Part shown: positions 1-13,800 of the stretch, one piece after another | Numbering within the stretch: the stretch's first letter is position 1 | How the letters are laid out: each line of letters opens with the position of its first letter | Assembly (NCBI GenBank): GCA_030704615.1 | Contig: CM060731.1 | Location: 50,654,001-50,718,000, forward strand | Reading direction: 5' to 3' | DNA length: 64,000 bases | DNA from: Takakia lepidozioides | Lineage: Eukaryota > Plantae > Bryophyta | Notes under the pieces: generated by a model | What the model was told of the DNA's origin: nothing | The model's input: the letters and a program-made list of their open reading frames with translations, nothing else | The model's database searches: none | Position numbers and translations under genes: made by a program

Positions 1-3000
1 ATAGGAAGGAACTCTCTGCCAGCCAGGTACCAGTAGGGATGGATGGATCTGGCTCGGGGTTCATGTCTTTCGTGGGGGAGCTCCAGCAGCAGACCCTTAT
101 CGGTGTATGAGCAAATAGTGGAATTCGTATTGAGTCTCTACTTTGAAGGGACATGATCATTGTTATAGGGTTAATGTGGAATAGGAATCCAACGAAGCAG
201 TCATGTAGCCTGTCCTAGATAAATAATACTGTCAGTTTGCTATTCGTAATCCCTAGAGACCAGAAGTTAGTGTTGGGTTTAACATGACCTGCTTGAAGAG
301 TTGGGATCTAGGCAGAGGGGATGGAGTCTTTAACGATTTGGTAACCATGATATAGTCTGGCCCTTCCTACTTTGAGAACTAAGTGTTCGGGCTCATGAAA
401 GCCCCGGCTGTTCCATAAATCATTAATTTGGCTGATACCCTTCCTGTCCCAGAAAGACCAGCGATGCGCCTGCGATTTTTGCGTGAGAGAGGGGGGGTTG
501 TCATTCAGGAAGATGTGTTGTCTCAATATTTCCTCATGGCTCTGTGGTTCCGATTTTTTGAGGAAGGGTCTCAATCTCCCCTAGGCTTGTCATATAGAAG
601 ACCATAGAGATGATCCATGCGATTTAAGTCTGAAGCCTTGAGACACCCATCTAAAAGAGGGGTTCCACTGGGAATTTTTGAGGGGGGACGAAGCCTGAAT
701 GTGTCCTGCCACCAAGAATTTCCACCAACCCCCCTCCGGACCGAAGAATCTGGGCAACCATTTACCTAGCAGTGCTGATATTTGCGTGTCCGGGTCTATA
801 AGGCCTAGCCCCCCCCATTTTTTTGGGGAGACAGATCTGCTTCCACGATACCTGCGGTCTTTTGCGATTCGAGGAGCTAGTTTGTGCTCCCCAAACAAAG
901 TTCCTGAGAAAAGCTCTGATCTGTTTGGTTTGTGAAGAGTTGGGCCTCCAAGAGGATGAGAAGAACCAAATCCCTGCCGAGTGGATCTGATTTACTGCTA
1001 GCACCCTACCAGTTATTGAAAGGTGTTTGGAACCCCAGAAGGTGAGTTTTTTTTTCAATTTCGCAATAGTGGGCGCGAAGCGTTGCTCATCCGTGAGGTT
1101 CACTTCATAAGTATAGCCCAGGTAGATCGTTGACTGACCAGGTCTCAACCATGAGAGGCCCAGATTTGATCCCCAGGTGGGGTCTGTCCCTATCGTGGAT
1201 TTGGACAGATCCCCGGCCAGGATTGCACAAGTCTTGGCCCAATTAACCTTAAAACCGGAAGCCTAACAGAACGAGTCCAGTGTTTGCGAGGTGTTGTGAA
1301 GGTTTTCCGAGGAAGCTTGCAGCATGAGAAGAGTGTCGTCCACAAACATCGAGTCTTTGACTTGCGCTGGCTGGTTGGTATGATAATTGGAGACTTGAAG
1401 GCCTACAATGTCTGTGTTGTTTTCTAGCATGTATCCCAGGGAATCTGCGACGAAAAGAAATAGGAATGGAGCTAGGGGGCAGCCTTGCCTGACAGATATC
1501 TGAAGGGGGAATGGTTCAGAGAGCTGGCCATTAATCATGACCCTACTAGATGAGTTCTGCAAAAGAATGCTAACCCACTGGCATAACGATTCTGGAAGAC
1601 CGACCTTAGTTAGGGTTCCTAGTAAGAACGACCATTCCACCCTATCGAAAGCCTTTTCAAAATCAAGAAGCAGCAAAGCTATAGCTTGCTCGGTTTGTAG
1701 GGCATAGTGTGGAGCTTCCTGGGCTAGAAGAAGATTGTCCATAATGTAGCAACCTTTTATGAATCCTATCTGGTTGGGCCTAATCAATTTAGGAAGTAGG
1801 GGTTGTAGTCTTAGAGCCAAAGCTTTGGCAATGATCTTATAGGCTACGTTTAAAAGGGTGATAGGTCTGTAGTTAGATATGTTCGTGCGGTCTCCTTTTT
1901 TGAAGAGCAGTGTTACCACTCGTTGAGACATAGAGGCGGGCATTCGCGCTATCAGGAAGATATGATTCGCCATGGAGAGGAAATCTTTTGAGATATCCTT
2001 CCAGAGAGCCTTGTAAAACTCCACAGGCATTCCGTCCAGTCTCGGAGATTTGCCGTTATGCAACTTGGAGAGAGCATTCTCGAGCTCCATGTCTGTGAAT
2101 GGGCCTTCCATGGAGGCAGCTAGCTCCTGGGTGAGCAATGTTGGAGTGGATTGAAGGCAGTGATTCTGATGGGGAGATGTTGCAGTGTGACCTCCGGAGA
2201 GACTGCTAAATAAGGATTCAAAGTGTTTGCCTGCTAAGCTTGCCATGTGTTTGGGAGAAGAGGCGGATATACCCGAAGGCTGGTCAATCAGTTCAGTGAT
2301 GTTTTGAGAAGCTCTACGCAGCTTGGATTTTTCGAAGAAATATTTGGTCATCTTTTCCCCTTTTGTAGACCAGTTTATGCCTGCTTGAAGTTTGAGTTTT
2401 TGTTCATGGGTAGACTGAAGAATCTCAAGGTTTTCCTTGGCTTGGAGGTAGGTCATGTATGTGTGCTCATCACATCTACTGGATTCTACTCTAGATTGAC
2501 ATGCCGAAAGACATTTATGAAGGGCCTTGATTTTGCAGGAACGGGCTTGGGCCAAGCTTTTGCTCATGGATTGGGCTTTATTGCAGGCGGCTTTGAGTTT
2601 AGCTTCAAACTTGGAGGATGGGTCAATCGCTGTTTCACCCCCTTCATTCCAAGCTTGAAGAAGGCCTTGTTTGAAAGAGGTTAGTTTTAACAGGGAGGAG
2701 TTCAGCTTGAACAAGCCTCTCCCCCTGGATTGAGTATTTGGGATTTTGATTGTTGCCGATATCAGAGCGTGATCAAAGCCCTGTTGGATCGGAATCTGGG
2801 GGATTCTAGAAATCCACTGAACAAGGTTGAGTGACGTATAAAATCTATCCAATCTAGCCATTTGAAGGTGAGGGAGAGATCTATTATTGGTCCAGGTAAA
2901 GGATGGAAGGGTAGGGCTTGTCCCATAGGACTGAGTGATGGCTTCTGTGAGGTTGTGGTTCTGAGTGAGAGTGTTCCAGGAATCTATCTCTATTGAGGAG

Positions 3001-3260
3001 GGGTTTACTGCTGATGGACCTCTACGATCACGAAGATCCTCCACCATGTTGAAGTCTCCCATTAATATCCAGCTGTCTATGTTTGGAGCATATTTCATTT
3101 TGCTGTCTATGGCGGTCCAGAAATCTGCCCTGTCTATGGTGGAGTTCGGAGCGTAAATGTTGACTATTCTGAAATGACTTGGGCATGAACTTTTCCTCTT
3201 AAGCTTACATCCTGTATAAAAGTCCTGTGGGCTCAGAAAAACTGGGTGGGTCAGTGTTTT
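1..3260 (-). mobile_element. Decayed L1/Tx1-type LINE ORF2 (AP endonuclease + reverse transcriptase), running off the left edge
   Basis: ORF 1263..3341 has endonuclease motifs (VNIYAPN, MGDFN, RLDRFY, DH) and RT motifs (YRPITLLN, LDFEKAFDRVEW, RQGCPLAP, FVDD). It continues past a stop and frameshifts in ORFs 762..1148, 590..898 (KKWGGLGLID) and 308..574. The 5' boundary is uncertain. Confidence 0.92.
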
Positions 3261-4807
3261 ATGGGCCCCTTGCAAAGAAAAGCCACCTATAGTCAGACGG
3301 GTCGTTTTCCCTGTACATCTGGATTGAGAGCCACCGCACAAATATCATGCTGCCGACCGATGCACTGTTCCATTCATCATGCCGTGCGCTCACATCCAAC
3401 ACTCTGCATACATCTACCACCCATACGCCCACTTCCCTTCGTTTTCAAGGGCGACAGGATTTGAACTGGCGACCTCGGGGAGGGAGTCAGCAAACGCCCT
3501 CTGCTATCTAGCCAGTTGAGGTGATTGAAAGCGGCAAAGCCCGACACGCATTTGTAGCCTACATACAGGGATACGGGCATATATCCCGAGATATGAATCC
3601 CGATACTAGGGGGTATTAGCGGACCGAGCGTGAAGAAGACGCCACGCTTCAGCCGCACGATGGAATGATCTGACGGTGATGATGCGGTTCCCGTCCACCT
3701 ACTTCGGCTAATTCAGGCGATCCCAAATCACGGGTTTAAGGGATATCTCGGGGGGATTTGGGGGATTTGATAGCCCTTGCCTTCCGGAGCCTGTCGCTCT
3801 AGCTCTATAGCGATGGCGAGGGCTTTTGCTCTCCAGGCTGAGCGTCTGCATGTCTTTGCACGATTTTCGTCTCAGGATTCGCTGTCTCGGTGGGATTGAA
3901 CGAAATCTGCTCAATTATCCCTTTGATTGCCTTCACCAGGTTTTCGGTTTCTTCAACCATGTGTCGACGCGCATTGCTGTTTCCTTTGTCATCGATTGAC
4001 TAGTGGGAGTGGTCTGGTGTCTCGCTTTGTTTTTTGAAGTCCGAGACAGTGGGATGAGTAGATCTCCGTCTCTCATTATCTCTCTAGGAGTTTCTGCGAT
4101 TTTTCCTCTTGATCAGGGGCCTTTGGAGGATTTTTGACACCTGTGGAATTGTTGCTTTTACTGCACGAGTTTTAGCAACACCTACGCCTCTCTGTAGAAT
4201 CTTCCTCCGAATCATCCCCCACTCACACTCACACGCAGATTACCTCCCCTCGTTCATCACCGCGAGGAGGTTCGCAGTTATCTGCTGTGTGAATCTCACT
4301 CCCTTTTCTCTGTTTTTGTCTCTCTCGTCCCGTCCTCTGGAAATCTCTTATCTCATCTTGTTCTGTTACAGGCGACAGAAGTGTCTTCAATACAAATGTA
4401 TCTGTTTTGTCTAGTTCATTTAATTACCTTCTCCACGGGTCTTCTTGTCCACTCCATGCCCTCAGGGGGTCTTGCTCCCATCCCTGGCCTGCCCTGCTGT
4501 CACCAATACGTCTTGTTGTAATTGCTACCGCAACATTGAGATAGGAATGTATCGCCTGTTTCTCCCTTTCTTTCATACTTTGCCCCTAATTGAAAGCTAA
4601 AGTAATTCCCAGTGCATGGAGTACACAGAGCTGTTGTTAGCTTCAAATAGTCCGCATGAGTCACCGGCTCTTAAACCCTATAATCAAGTGGAAATGAGTC
4701 ATGCAAGTGACACAGACAGTTCCTTAAAGTAGAGACAATGCATGGTTGAAAGTGAGGACATTCGCAAACAGATACTGGGACTTCAAGCAGAGATTGTACA
4801 GAATATC

Positions 4808-7800
4808 ATGAATACTTACAGGCTGACAAATACATCACACACAGAAGTAGCGCAGAGTTTGCCGCTGGTGAATCTTCCAATTTCCTTTGGAGCGAGCAGT
4901 CAAAATCTATTTTTATTTGATGAGAATGACTCTGCTGCCAGACTGCAAACTACAAGTGGTTCTAGTGTTGTTGCTCAAGCCGGGAAGATCGCGGAGCTGC
5001 TCAGGGCCACAGACATCAGCTACTTGTAAATACTTCTCCTCCACACCTTCTGGCATACTGCATCAGGGCTTTTGTCGGGTAGGGTCAGTTGCAGACTAGG
5101 AGAGTGACGATGTATGTAAATGCCTTTGATGTAGGAGTTGTATTTAAATGGTGCTGGGGGGATGGAGAGCCACAATGGTACAGAGAGGGGATAGAATGTT
5201 CGCATTGAAGATCTACACATCTCTGCTTGGAGTTTGACGGCAATGTCCAATTTTGCGGAAAGAAAAGTTTATCAGAGAGGAGCCTTAATTGAAATGTCGG
5301 GGATGGGAAATATAAGGAAGAAAGAAACTCTATAATGTCCACTGGAAACCCAGAGAAAAAACTTATTACTGCATGGGAGGCAAAGGAAGGGCTTATGGGA
5401 TGCAGTAGCACAGCAAGAGAAAAGCGGAAGTGAAGAGACATGCTAAAACTATGTCTCGATCTAGAGGGTGCTGAATGTTGCCAATAGGTGGAGAGCTCCT
5501 TGTCACATCAATTTTTATTATGTCCTTTTGGATCTTGACTTCTTCAGATCTCTCAGAGAGGAGGCAAAGAATGGTGCCACTCCAATAACAGTGGAACCTG
5601 GCAGCCTGATGGCTGCTGTCCTTCAGCATGAGCCTGATGCTTTCTCGTATGCCCCTCCAGGTGTGCTCTACTTGATGCACGTGACCAGTTTTACTTTCTG
5701 AATGCTCTGGTCTGCTACTTCTTTTCTTCATAGACTGCAGCCTTCTAGTGGAGATGGTGTAGCAGTCCATGTAGCTTATGCTTGCAATCTTCATTTACTA
5801 CCAATCGATGACAGCTCACCTATTGAAACGAATAGGATATTCTGCGTCACATATCACTCTAGTGCTCCCTGCTTTACTTGGGCCACAGTTTGCTGTCCAT
5901 TAGGGCAATTAAAGGTCAGCATTTGTTTTTGTCTAGGGGCTAATTCCGCTTATGACAAAGCTGTAAGCAGGATCTTTTTGGTGAGAGTTAATGATGACAT
6001 TGCCGATGCTTTGACGTGGGAGTAACTGAAAGTACCAAACTATAAAATAATGGGGGTTTTCAGCTCTAATCCAGCAATGCCATGTACATATTTGCAAACA
6101 GGGCTTCTGAGACGAGGGGGATGGCGGATCTCCGCTGCTGAAAAGAGGCATCCTCAGTCAGTTCACTTGGATAGCCATGGTGGCGCTTCGTCGCAGGTCA
6201 CTCTGCAAGCATTGCAGCCCTCCCTGAATACACCCCCTTTGGTATGTTTGAGCATCCATCTGAGTGTTAATGAGTTGTATTGTATTTGACCCTCATGTAT
6301 GCACTGCTTTGTCCATGCATTTTTCCTTGTTCTATCAAGGTCGCAACCTGCCATAGTAGAAAATGGACCTTTGCTGAGTATGTTTCAGCAATATCTTCAT
6401 CTTCTAGTACAGTGGTTGATCTTTAACTGAAAAGTAATTCAGAATTTGAGAGGGTAAACTGGCTGGTGGTTACACGTGGCCTCTTTGAGTTTCTACATAT
6501 AGGGTATCCATCTTCTAGAACTGAATGGCCATCTCTCCTCTGTTTTGTAGGAATCCCCTGCCACAAGGAGATCAACTGGGATTAAAAGGAAAGAGAGCAC
6601 TGGTCTAAAAGTGGATAGGAGGCACACGAAAAAGGCTGCCACTGGGCTGAGTCCTGTGATGAATGATCATGGTATTGACTCTCTATTACTCACTGATTCT
6701 TGCGAGAGGTCATTCAATGTTTACTCTTCCCTGTACTACAGTTTGTAGATGTAGATGTGCTTTTGTCTCAGCGAGTGGTAAAATTCACCTACCTCCAGAT
6801 TTCGGTGACCCCATTGAAGCTACAGAGGCGGGGAACAAATATTGCAAGGTGAATTAAGGTGGAGAGTGGCAGCTCATCACAGATATTTCCACTGCACATC
6901 TAACTAAGTTGTTTTCCACAACAATGAGAATAGACTTAACTGCATTTTGGAGTCCACAAGCTATAATACATAGGAGCTTTTAATGGGTGTTGTCTTCTCT
7001 ACTGTGTTGGACGCAGACACTGTTGTTGGTGACCTGTGTGAGGTGCTAGATGAACTCTTTGAAAGGACAGAGGCTCCTGGTGAAGATGAAGGGGAGGAGA
7101 CAGGAACTTTTTTGTCTTCAGCTGAAATTAAGTCCATTGGGGAGGATATTATCAAATTGCGTTCGAAGAATGCCCTGCAGGCTGTTCCTTTGGATCATCT
7201 TGTACGGTTACTAAGCCTGCTGGATCGTCATGTTCGACTTGCTCATGACAGGGAGGTGGATGATGCAGACGATGTAAGTGCCTCCCTTCTTTGCCTTCTG
7301 GTTGATGGCAGTGTACATGATAAGTGTCAGATTGTTAAAAATGCATAAATTAGTCGCTGGCTTCTAAGCTGCAATAGGCTTCTTGTTGGTTCTATATGTT
7401 GGAGATGGATACTGTAGATATTGCCGGCTGGATGAATGATAATGTATGAAAATCAGAGGAGCAGGTTTAAGTTGGTCAATTGGGGAAACACTGCTCCAGT
7501 TCTCAAGAGTGCAAATTGATGTACAATTCATGGTTGGTTGGTCACTGTTCAGGAAGGTGCTGATGCCAATGTGGTAGAAATGGATTTATTTCTCATCTCT
7601 CTTCCAATGGTGCTTATGTACATTTTGATACCTATTTTCGGAGAGAGGTATATGTAGTGGGACATGCTGGAAAGGTTGAGCATGTAATTGAAATGGTCAG
7701 TAGTGCTCACTGACTTGCAGGCAGATGCAGAAAATTTTGGGGTTGTGATGTTGGCGCTTGAGGCAATTCAAATATCATTGACAATTATGACCAGCCCTGG

Positions 7801-10800
7801 CATGGGCAAGCAGATTTATACAGAGGAGGTATGATCTTATTGTGGTTGCCCTTTGGCTTTGTGTTTTTGTGGTGATCAAGATGGAACTGCCAATGAAGAA
7901 ATTTACAACAAAGCACAAGCAACATGGACCTTATTATGTCACTGGCCTCAGCACAAATTGAGTATGCTCCCAGAGCCAAAAGCACATGAAATCCTTCACT
8001 TTATCGGTTCATTACCTGTTCTGATGGGGATATCCGGTTTGCGCTGTCTCTCAGATTATTGACAGAATTATTGATTTTTCGAGATATCAAATTGTTCACA
8101 GTGTGTTCTCGGCATATGATCCGCTCTACCGCCAGATTCACAAGGGTACTGTAGCTGGTGAGGATGAAGGTAATTGAGATTTGTATCTTGGGATAATAAT
8201 CATCCCCCAAGTCTGCATAGATTATCTCAAGGACCAATCAGAATGGAACAAGCATTTGAAAGTCATTTTGCAAAATATTTGAAAGTACTGTGCTTTGATC
8301 AAATCAGAGGATAATTGGTCTCATTTGTAGTAACAGATGGAGAGACTTAAGAGTATATGGCATTTAGTGAGGTGGCTGATGAGGGTGGGCTTGGCCAGTA
8401 GGGGTGACACTGCCTTGTTGTGTTGGTGATATCATGAGTAGAGAGTCTCACACTGTCTATGTCTGAAAAAGTGGTTGGTACCCAGACCAAACCTCCCTCA
8501 ATGTTGGATTTACTCTTGATAGTGGCTGTTTCATGTTTTTGTCTCCTAGGATGGGAAGATGAGGACATGGATGCAATGGAGAATGGAGCAGGCTTGGGGA
8601 AGAAAGGCCGACGCAAGAGCAAACCTGCAGCTAGACCTAAGAAGGCAGCTCCAAACAAGTGAGTATGAGGTGTGAAGCTCATGGCTTCTATTCTGTATCA
8701 TCCTTGACTCATAAAGATATCTTCAGTGTAGGTTTTGCAGTTTTGTGCTGTTTCCATTAATGTTGTGTTCTGGGGAGTAACATGTATGGAACAAGTTGTG
8801 ATTGACAGGTCTTCAGGCTCTGTCTCAAATGTACTTCACAAGCTATGCAGTATTCTGGCCCTATTGAAAGACCTCCTCTCGGTGGCAAAACTAGTGGATA
8901 GTAGTGTGTTGCAGCTGATCAAGACAATGCTCGAGACTTTTGGTGTAGACAACATCCAACTCCTGCAGCTGAAGGCTATTGGCGTCGCTTGCATGGTGCA
9001 ATTAATACCTTCTTTTGTTGCTAGTTGGTGTTTCTTGCCTGGTAATTCTCCCTTGTATCTTTGCTATGCAGAGTGTGTTGTCTTCCACTCTTATGTTCTG
9101 GATAGTTAGCCAAGAGGGATTAAGGCATGAGCCTATCCTTCACCTTGAGGACAGTAGATTCAGAACTTGGGACCTGGATGTTGTAGTTGTATGTGCTCTT
9201 TATGAAATGTGACTTTTGATTGCAATTGGGTGCTCAGGTTTTTGATGTATACCCCCAGCACCGAACAGTGATCATTGATGAAATCATATCATTGCTCTGG
9301 AAGCTTCCATCTTCAAAACGGAGCCTGCGGACTTACCATTTACCTGATGAAGAATCCAAGCAGATCCAAATGCTAACAGCTTTGATCCTCCATCTAGTGC
9401 AGTGCAGCGTGTCTCTGGGTGAAGCCATTAGTCTAAGTGCTGAAAAGAAAACTGGAACAGGTGGGGTAGAGGCCAAAGGTGAGGGGGTTACCATAGAGAA
9501 TTCTGTTACATTAAGGATTTTTGAGCCTGCCATGGAGACAGCCAGCTACTTTTGGCGGAATGTGTTGCAGCGGTGGGCCGCACCAAAGTCCCAAGATGGG
9601 GCTGACGTGAAGGGAATTGTGGACAATTTGATTGTGGATTTTCTGACCACTCTTAATGTGCCCGAGTTTCCTGCAGCTAGCCTTCTACTTCAGGTAACAA
9701 ACCATAACACAGTCTTGTTTGTATGGTATGTATCAACACTCAAGACTGAATACATGCAATGTCTTCCAGCAATGACTGGCCTGTATCTAAATATTGTTCT
9801 GATTACTGTGAAGAGTTGGTTTCTGTTTAACACTGCTCAGAACATAGTTGAGTTTCTTCCAACCACTTTGAGTATCTGCAGGTTTTTTGTGTACTTCTAT
9901 TTGGGAATGCGGGTCTCAAGGCAAAAGATGCAGTTGTGCGTGGCACTGCAATTGATCTCCTTGGCCAGGTGGCAGCTCGCTTAAAACAGGATGCTGTGGC
10001 CTGCAGTAAGGAAAGACTATGGATTTTGAAGGAGCTCCAGGGGAAGAGTGGTGATGAAGCTGACAACGATACAATTAAGAACTGCTTAGTCTGTGGGAGT
10101 GGGAAAGGATCGAAGATCATGGTTCCTTGCAATGGATGTGACCGCTGGTTCCATGGAGACTGCATTGGAGTCACAAAGCATGACTTGTTTGACCGTGGCT
10201 GGCTCTGCCATTGCTGCCTGTGTAGGCGACAGTTAGCGTCCCTGTGTTCGGATGATGAATTGCAGGCCAATGGACGTAAACCCCGGGCCACCAAGAAATC
10301 AGATAAAGTGGAAGCTCAAAAGGACGGAATGGCTGTGGTCCAACAGATTCTCCTGAACTATCTTCTGGAGATAGCTGTCAATGACAGCACAGCAGCGTAT
10401 GCTCGCAGGTAGGGTACTGCATGCCAAGACTTTACAAGTGGTGCTAAAGAATGCATACAGCATGTGTTAAGATTGCACCGAGGACACAATTGTGAACATA
10501 GAGAATCCAATCCTGATACCTTGCCTTGATGATATACTATGAAGAAGAGTCAGTCAAAAGGGGGGAAAGTGGAATCGGTCCAATAAAGCTGTGGAAGATA
10601 TGTTTGAGTAGGAGATGTTCATGTCAAAATGAAATTCATTTGGGCTCCCCAGGATAGCTCATTAAGATAGCGGCTATATTATTTGATGCCATTATTCACC
10701 CCAGCATATATACCCCAAGGTGGTTCACAGTTGTGGAGTTTCCATAAGATCGTATGATTAAAAGCTTTTGAGTTTATACGAGACCTACAGGACCTATTGG

Positions 10801-13800
10801 ACCAATGTTAAGTTCAAGAGTAGATTCCCAAGACGAACAGGAGGCTTTATTTCTCGATGGACTGAGTAGGTTCTTCTAGAAGAGGTGCAGTGACTGTCTT
10901 TTTAGGGCCTCACCTTCAGAATGATAAAAGAAACCATATGACAAATCTGCAACTATGAGGATTGACAAAGTGGGTTCAGGAGTAACAGACCATTGCCGAT
11001 TTTTATTCAAGCAGAATTCTCTCTTATGCTAGGGAAGCCTCCATGAATGTGGATCTGGGTCTGATCTCAGCATTTTGATTCTGTACTTGCTACCAGGTTC
11101 TATTTGTGCCAGTGGTTGCGAGATGAGACAAATAGTATGCAAGAGCTTCAGTTCTATCAGGACCGATGGACTTCCAAAACCCCTCTCCAAGACTTCGGTG
11201 TTGCATTATCGCCCCTCTCTCGGGATAGTGTTCTTCGGATCTCTGTGGCATTGAGTCAGCAGAGACCTCTTGCCCGAGGTTTTGACAAAATTTTGGAGAG
11301 GCTACTGGTAAGCTCAGAACAACTGAAGAACTTTGATACTAATATGACAGCTACTGTCTTTCTTAATTAGTAATGAGATACTTCATGGAATTGGTGTCAT
11401 GGCCTCGTCTTTCTTTGCTTCCGTCCTAAGATTCAAATTGCAGTTTGCTCTTTGGATCTCGCAATGGTTCATTGAGAAGCATCTTGATTTTCATGCATTT
11501 AATTAGTGTCAGTCTCTGTATATAGTGGCTAGTTGTACTCAGACAGTCTTACGTCAATTCAATATCCAATTGAATTCTGTTTTCTGGTTAAGCAACTCTC
11601 GCTTGGAGTTTTAGGTTGGTTCTTAACAACAAAATGCAAGGAATGCTCCTGTGTATGTAAGCATGTGTTCGTGTGTCAGTAGGTGTGGTTTCGTATGTTG
11701 CTGGATTGGGGTGAGAGAGAGGAAAGGTGGCAAGCAAGGAAGTTTCTAACCTTCACAGGAAGCCGAAGAAACAACTAGTAAACCAGAAAGAGAAAGAAAT
11801 GACATCTACGACAATGGCAGAGAGATATAAAAAAAGAACAAATGAGATGAAATGAATTGGTACTTCATACCATCCGCGGGAAGCTCAAAGAGCTTACGGG
11901 ACAAGAGGAAGAACAAAGAAAGAAAGAAATTTATAACTTCCATGGGAAGCCCCAAGGGCCCATGATGGGACATAGGAAAACAAGGAAAACCACATCAAAA
12001 GACTCCAAATAAGGTATGAAGGGTAAGTATCTCTGCAGGGCTTAGCAGATAGAAATGTACACATGAGATGTTTGCTGTAGCCTTGTGGGCATAGACCTCG
12101 TGCCCAGTTTGGGCGAAATTTTTGCAGGGCCAAGCAGATAGAGTGATAGAGTTTGATGTAGAAGGCTGACGAAGCTTCAATTTTGGGCCTCTGGCCTCAA
12201 TTGGTGCTTTTTTGGGAAATTGACTTTTGGCTTTTCACACCTGACGTAAGTTGTAAAACACAGCACAACCACAGAACCTAAGAACATCTATGTAAAAGAA
12301 TGTATTCATATGACGTTGTTTACCGAAGCCTTGTGGCCATTGACCCGTGCCCAGTTTGAGCAGAACACAAAGGGACAGAACCTGCCTTTGTCAGGCGCTG
12401 ATGCCGGTAGTAAGACTTACCTTGGAATATACCTATGTAAAATGAGAGAGGGGGAGAGTAAAGAGCTCTTGCTAAACTTGGGAGCTTCACTCTGATCATC
12501 GACAGTGTGGCATTTTCTTGCAGGTAAGTCTCACAGAAAATTCGCCAACACCTCGAGCCAAAGCTTTGCGAGCGGTAAGTTGCAGCTGCTTACCTGTTTC
12601 ACTGGTTGAGCACCATCGTATGGGTCCTTGATGCAACTGAGCACCTCACTCTCGACCTGGAGTGAGGGGGTGTGATCTGCTATTTTCATGGCATCATAGA
12701 TTATATTTAAAGAGTGAGTTACTTCTCAAATGTGAGTTTAGAGTTTGCAAGGCTCTCTTGTTGATCAATAAATTCAAAGAGCAAATCTGCGAATTTGTGA
12801 GCACCTTGAGCTGAGTGATTACCTATTCGTTTGTTACAATTCACTTGTATTAGGTTAATCTCGTCGTGGAAGCGGACCCGGGAGTATTGGGGGACGAACG
12901 AGTGCAGCGAGCTGTGGAAGGACGGTTTTTGGATTCTGCTATTTCCGTAAGAGAAGCTGCCATGGAACTTGTTGGGAGACATATTGTTGTTCGTCCCGAC
13001 TTTGCTGTGAAGGTATATTTCAATGGAGCTGTTTTATACCTCTATCTTGTACCAGTGGCATAAATTCGCTCTGGATAATTGTGGAGTAGTATGGACGAAA
13101 CCCCCACATCAGTTCAGAACCCTGGTTGGAGCAGCAGGGTAACTGGCAATCCAACTGCTCTATTTTAATGATCACTAAAGCAGGTACCGGGAAGGAAGGG
13201 AAAACATCAATTTTCGTGTTCCTGTCACTGAAACCCGGATGCTGCAAGGCACCTTTCTAGAGACAAGTACACCATCATGCCTTCATACCTCTTGGTTAAG
13301 TTCTCAATATGAGGAAAACAGATTGTACTCATAAGACATTGTTTGCCGTAGCCTTGTGGCCATTGACCCCGCGCCCAGTTTGAACGGAACATAAAGGGAC
13401 AGAAACTACCTTCGTCAGGGGCTGACGGCGGTAATATGATTTACCTTGGAATAAACAGTTGATCCAGATTTCCAGATATCCTCCAGATATCCCTTCACAC
13501 AAGCATCAATCTGATGTGTGTGATTTGCCCAATAGCTAGACCCCAAAAGGGCCTGGGCTTTTGGCTCAGCCTCAAGATTTCCAAAGTTGTTCAAATGAGG
13601 AAAACAGAGAAAGCCACAATGGCCGTAAGGCCCTGCACGGCACATTAATGTGATGTAATAATTGACTGTACTAATATATTTTGTTTATCTTCTTTTCACA
13701 CAAGCATACCCGAATACAGTAGAGGTTTTCAGCTGCAAATATCTTCTGCTCAGGAGCCATGTTTGTTCTCTTATACTATTTTATGTGCTCCTTTGATTTA

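Noticed and set aside
4616-4732. 38-codon ORF upstream of and in frame with SCC2
   Set aside because: Probably lies in a 5'-UTR intron (acceptor TTGTACAG ends at 4801); no transcript evidence for a uORF.
10083-10223. PHD finger in SCC2 as a novel fusion
   Set aside because: Already known in plant SCC2.
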